A stretch of 64,000 nucleotides of DNA from Raillietiella orientalis (lineage: Eukaryota): contig JAYWIR010000110.1 of assembly GCA_036172245.1 (NCBI GenBank), positions 62,001 through 126,000 of the forward strand. The letters are read 5' to 3'. The position numbers and the translations under genes are program-made. Below, one piece after another: positions 59,101 to 64,000 of this stretch (position 1 is its first letter; every line of letters begins with the position of its first letter). Under the pieces are notes generated by a model. That model saw only the letters and a list, made by a program, of their open reading frames with translations, had not been told where the DNA came from and searched no databases.

Positions 59101-62100
59101 TTTTGCGTTTTTCCACGGATGATCCGTTTCCAGTGTCGGGAAAATTTCCGTGATGGATATACGCGCAAACGTCCATTTTCGTGGGTTCAGAAGGACATTG
59201 AGATGAGTCCTACGTTTCATTACGGTTGGGCACTGTGGACTCTGTGTCGTTTTCATGGTAACCAGTGTCGGAATTAACAAGAAGAGGTTTAACTTCTCTT
59301 TGATTCATTCTGTGGTACGAGAGTGCAACTTTTGGGGGTTTGGAATCGATTCGAAATCAGCAGATTTCACCTCTGCACTTTTCGCCTCTTCACGGAGCAT
59401 CCGTTTTCAGTGACCGCAAAATTCCTGTGATGGATATACGCACAAACGTGCATTTTCGTGGGTTCAGAAGGACATTGAGATGAGTCCGACCTTTCATTAG
59501 GGTAATGCACTGTGCATTCTGTGTAGTTTTCATGGTAACCAGTGTCGGAATTAGAAAGAAAAGGTTTTCCTTCTTTTTGATTCATTATGTGGTCCGAGTT
59601 TGCAAATTTTGGGGGTTTGTAATCGATTCGAAATCAGCAGATTTCACCTCTGCACTTTTCGCCTCTTCACGGAGCATCTGTTTTCAGTGACCGCAAAATT
59701 CCTGTGATGGATATACGCACAAACGTGCATTTTCGGGGGTTCAGAAGGACATTGATATGAGTCCGACGTTTCATTAGGATGGGGCACTGTGGACTCTGGG
59801 TCGTTTTCATGATAACCAGTGCCGGAATTAGAAAGAAGAGGTTTTCCTTCTCTTTGATTGATTATGTGGTCCGAATTTGACACTTTTTTGGGTTTGGAAT
59901 CGATTCGAAATCAGCGGATTTCACCTTTGCACTTTTGGGTTTTTCCACGGAGGATCCGTTTTCAGTGACCGGAAAATTTCCGTGATGGATATACGCACAA
60001 ATGTACCTTTTCGTGGGTTCTGAAGAACATTGAGATGAGTCCGACGTTTCATTAGTGTGGGGCACTGTGGAATCTGTGTCGTTTTCATGGTAACCAGTGT
60101 CGGAATTAGAAAGAAAAGGTTTTCCTTCTCTTCGATTCGTTATGTGTTCTGAATTTGCAACTTTTGGGGGTTCGGAATCGATTGTAAATCAGCAGATTTC
60201 AGCTTTGCAATTTTGCGTTTTTCCACGGAGGATCCGTTTTCAGCGACCAGAAAATTCCCGTGATGTTTACACGCACAATCGTCCATTTCCGTTGCTTCAG
60301 AAGGACATTGAGATGAGTCCGACGTTTCTTTAGGGTTGGGCACTGCGGACTCTGTGTCGTTTTCATGGTAACCAGTGTCGGAATTAGAAAGAAAAGGTTT
60401 TCCTTCTCTTTGAATCATTATGTGGTCCGAATTTGCAACTTTTGGGGGTTTGGAATCGATTCGAAATCAGCAGATTTCACCCTTGCACTTTTTCGTTTTT
60501 CCACGGACGTTCCGTTTTCAGATACAGGAAAATTCCCTTGATGGATATACGTACAAACGTACATTTTCGTGGGTTGAGAAGGACATTAAGATGAGTCCGA
60601 CGTTTCATTAGGGTGGGGCACTGTGGACTCTGTGTCGTTTTCATGGTTACCAGTGTCGGAATTAGAAAGAAGGGGCTTTCCTTTTCTTTGATTCATTATG
60701 TGGTCCGAATTTGCAACTTTTAAGGGTTTGGGATCGATTCGAAGTCAGTAGATTTCACCTTTGCACTTTTGCGTTTTTCCACGGATGATCCGTTTCCAGT
60801 GTCCGGAAAATTTCCGTGATGGATATACGCGCAAACGACCATTTTCGTTGGTTCAGAAGGACATTGAGATGAGTCCTACGTTTCATTAGGGTTGGGCACT
60901 GTGGACTCTGTGTCGTTTTCATGGTAACCAGTGTCGGAATTAAAAAGAAGAGGTTTAACTTCTCTTTGATTCATTCTGTGGTACGAGATTGCTACTTTTG
61001 GGGGTTTGGAATCGATTCGAAATCAGCAGATTTCACCTTTGCACTTTTGCGCCTCTTCACGAAGCTTACGTTTTCAGTGACCGCAAAATTCCTGTGATGA
61101 ATAGAAGCATAAACGTCCATTTTCGTGGGTTCAGAAGGACATTGAGATGAGTCCGACGTTTCATTAGGGTGGGGCACTGTGGACTCTGTGTCGTCTTCAT
61201 GGTAACCAGTGTCGGAATTAAAAAGAAGAGGTTTTCCTTCTCTTTGATTCATTCTGTGGTACGAGATTGCAACTTTTGGGGGTTTGGAATCAATTCGAAA
61301 TCAGCAGATTTCACCATTGCACTTTTCGCCTATTCACGGAGCATCCGTTTTCAGTGACCGCAAAATTCCTCTGATGGATAGAAGCACAAACGTCCATTTT
61401 CGTGGGTTCAGAAGGACATTGAGATGAGTCCGACGTTTCATTAGGGTGGGGCACTTTGGACTCTGTGTCGTTTTCATGGTAACCAGTGTCGGAATTAGAA
61501 AGAAGGGGCTTTCCTTTTCTTTGATTGATTATGTGGTCCGAATTTGCAACTTTTGAGGGTTTGGAATCAATTCGAAGTCAGTAGATTTCACCTTTGCAGT
61601 TTTGCGTTTTTCCACGGAGGATCCCTTTCCAGTGTCGGGAAAATTCCCGTGATGGATATACTCGCAAACGTTTATTTTCGTGGGTTGAGAAGGACATTGA
61701 GATGAGTCCGACGTTTCATTAGGGTGGGGCACTGTTTACTCTTTGTAGTTTTCAAGGTAACCAGTGTCGGAATGAGAAAGGAGAGGTTTTCCTTCTCTTT
61801 GATTCATTCTGTGGTACGAGATTGCAACTTTTTGGACTTTGGAATCAATTCGAAATCACCAGATTTCACCTTTGCACTTTTGCGCCTCTTCACGCAGCAT
61901 CCGTTTTCAGTGACCGCAAAATTCCTGTGATGGATAGAAGCACAAACGTCCATTTTCGTGGGTTCAGAAGGACATTGAGTTGAGTCCGACGTTTCATTAG
62001 GGTTAAGCACTGTGGTCTCTGTGTCGTCTTTATGGTAACCAGTGTCGGAATTAGAAAGAAGAGGTTTTCCTTCTCTTTGATTCATTATGTGGTCCGAATT

Positions 62101-64000
62101 TGCAACTTTTGGGGGTTTGGAATTGATTCGAAATCAGCAGATTTCAGCTTTGCACTTTTGCGTTTTTCCACGGAGGTTCCTTTTTCAGCGACCGGAAAAT
62201 TCCCTTGATGGATATACGTAGAAACGTACATTTTCGTGGGTTGAGAAGGACATTGAGATGAGTCCGACGTTTCATTAAAGTGGGGAACTGTGGACTCTAT
62301 GTCGTTTTGATTGTAACCAGTGTCGGAATTAGAAGGAGAGGTTTTCCTTCCCTTTGATTTATTATGTGGTCCGAATTTGCAACTTTTGTGGGTTTGGAAT
62401 CAATTCCAAACTAGCAGATTTCACCTTTGCACATTTGCGTTTCTTTACGAAGCATACGTTTTTACTGACCGCAAAATTCCTGTGATCGATAGAAGCAAAA
62501 ACGTCCATTTTCGTGGGTTCAGAAGGACAGTGAGATGAGCCCGACGTTTCATTAGGGTGGGGCACTGTAGACTCTTTGTCGTTTTCAAGGTAACCAGTGT
62601 CGGAATTAGAAAGGAGAGGTTTTCCTTCCCTTTGATTTACTATGTGGTCCGAATTTGCAACTTTTCGGGGTTTGGAATCGATTCGAAATCTGCGGATTTC
62701 ACCTTTGCACTTTTGCGTTTTTCCACGGAGGATCCGTTTCCAGTGTCGGGAAAATTCCCGTGATGAATATACGCGCAAACGTGCATTTTCGAGGGTTCAG
62801 AAGGACATTGAGATGAGTGCGACGTTTCATTAGGGTGACGCACTGTGGACTCTTTGTCGTTTTCAAGGTAACTAGTGTCGGAATTAAAAAGGAGAGGGTT
62901 TTCCTTCCCTTTGATTTATTATGTGGTCCGAATTTGCAGCTTTTCGGGGTTTGGAATCGATTCGAAATCTGCGGATTTCACCTTTGCACTTTTGCGTTTT
63001 TCCACGGAGGATCCGTTTCCAGTGTCGGGAAAATTCCCGTGATGGATATACTCGCAAACGTTTATTTTCGTGGGTTGAGAAGAACATTGAGATGAGTCCG
63101 ACGTTTCATTAGGGTGGGGCACTGTAGACTCTTTGTCGTTTTCAAGGTAACCAGTGTCGGAATTAGGAAGAAGAGGTTTTCCTTCTCTTTGATTCATTAT
63201 GTGGTCCGAATTTGCAACTTTTAGGGGTTTGGAATCGATTCGAAATCAGCAGATTTCACCTTTGCACTTTTTCGTTTTTCCACGGACCTTCCGTTTTCAG
63301 ATACAGGAAAATTCCCTTGATGGATATACGTACAAACGTACGTTTTCGTGGGTTGAGAAGGACATTAAGATGAGTCCGACGTTTCATTAGGGTGGGCCAC
63401 TGTGGACTCTGTGTCGTTTTCATGGTAACCAGTGTCGGAATTAGAAAGAAGGGGCTTTCCTTTTCTTTGATTCATTATGTGGTCCGAATTTGCAACTTTT
63501 AAGGGTTTGGGATCGATTCGAAGTCAGTAGATTTCACCTTTGCACTTTTGCGTTTTTCCACGGATGATCCGTTTCCAGTGTCGGGAAAATTTCCGTGATG
63601 GATATACGCGCAAACGACCATTTTCGTTGGTTCAGAAGGACATTGAGATGAGTCCTACGTTTCATTAGGGTTGGGCACTGTGGACTCTGTGTCGTTTAAA
63701 TGGTAACCAGTGTCGGAATTAAAAAGAAGAGGTTTAACTTCTCTTTGATTCATTCTGTGGTACGAGATTGCTACTTTTGGGGGTTTGGAATCGATTCGAA
63801 ATCTGCAGATTTCACCTTTGCACTTTTGCGCCTCTTCACGAAGCTTACGTTTTCAGTGACCGCGAAATTCCTGTGATGAATAGAAGCATAAACGTCCATT
63901 TTCGTGGGTTCAGAAGGACATTGAGATGAGTCCGACGTTTCATTAGGGTGGGGCACTGTGGACTCTGTGTCGTCTTCATGGTAACGAGTGTCGGAATTAA
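53173..64000. repeat. 278-bp satellite array (about 39 monomers, continues past the window)
   Basis: GTAACCAGTGTCGGAATTAGAAAG recurs every 277-279 bp. Each monomer also has a GAATCGATTC-type palindrome and GAGATGAGTCCGACGTTTCATTAG. Confidence 0.98.

Noticed and set aside
53173..64000. CRISPR array
   Set aside because: The whole 278-bp unit repeats. There are no unique spacers and no cas genes, and the context is eukaryotic.

Overview
Repeat-dominated nuclear DNA from an invertebrate animal; nothing here looks prokaryotic. (1) 1-8960 and about 15365-25408 are two diverged copies of a composite segment. The segment contains a mitochondrial insertion (NUMT: AT-rich region, trnV, 12S, 16S, nad1, trnP, trnT, invertebrate mitochondrial code, T-armless tRNAs) fused to nuclear DNA that carries a candidate two-exon gene of unknown function. 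(2) There are six or seven pieces of one L1/Tx1-like LINE family. One is full length with a target-site duplication (42017-47572); the rest are truncated, deleted or nested. They share a 5' (AC)GYGTTT start and a 3' AATAAA plus 5-bp GC hairpin terminus. (3) A ~1108-bp tandem repeat spans 33877-53155 and is interrupted by the full-length LINE. (4) A 278-bp satellite runs from about 53173 to the window end, with two inverted monomers at about 33345-33876; its monomer is tiled almost exactly by a 92-codon minus-strand ORF. All alignments, counts and percentages were made by eye and no database search was run.
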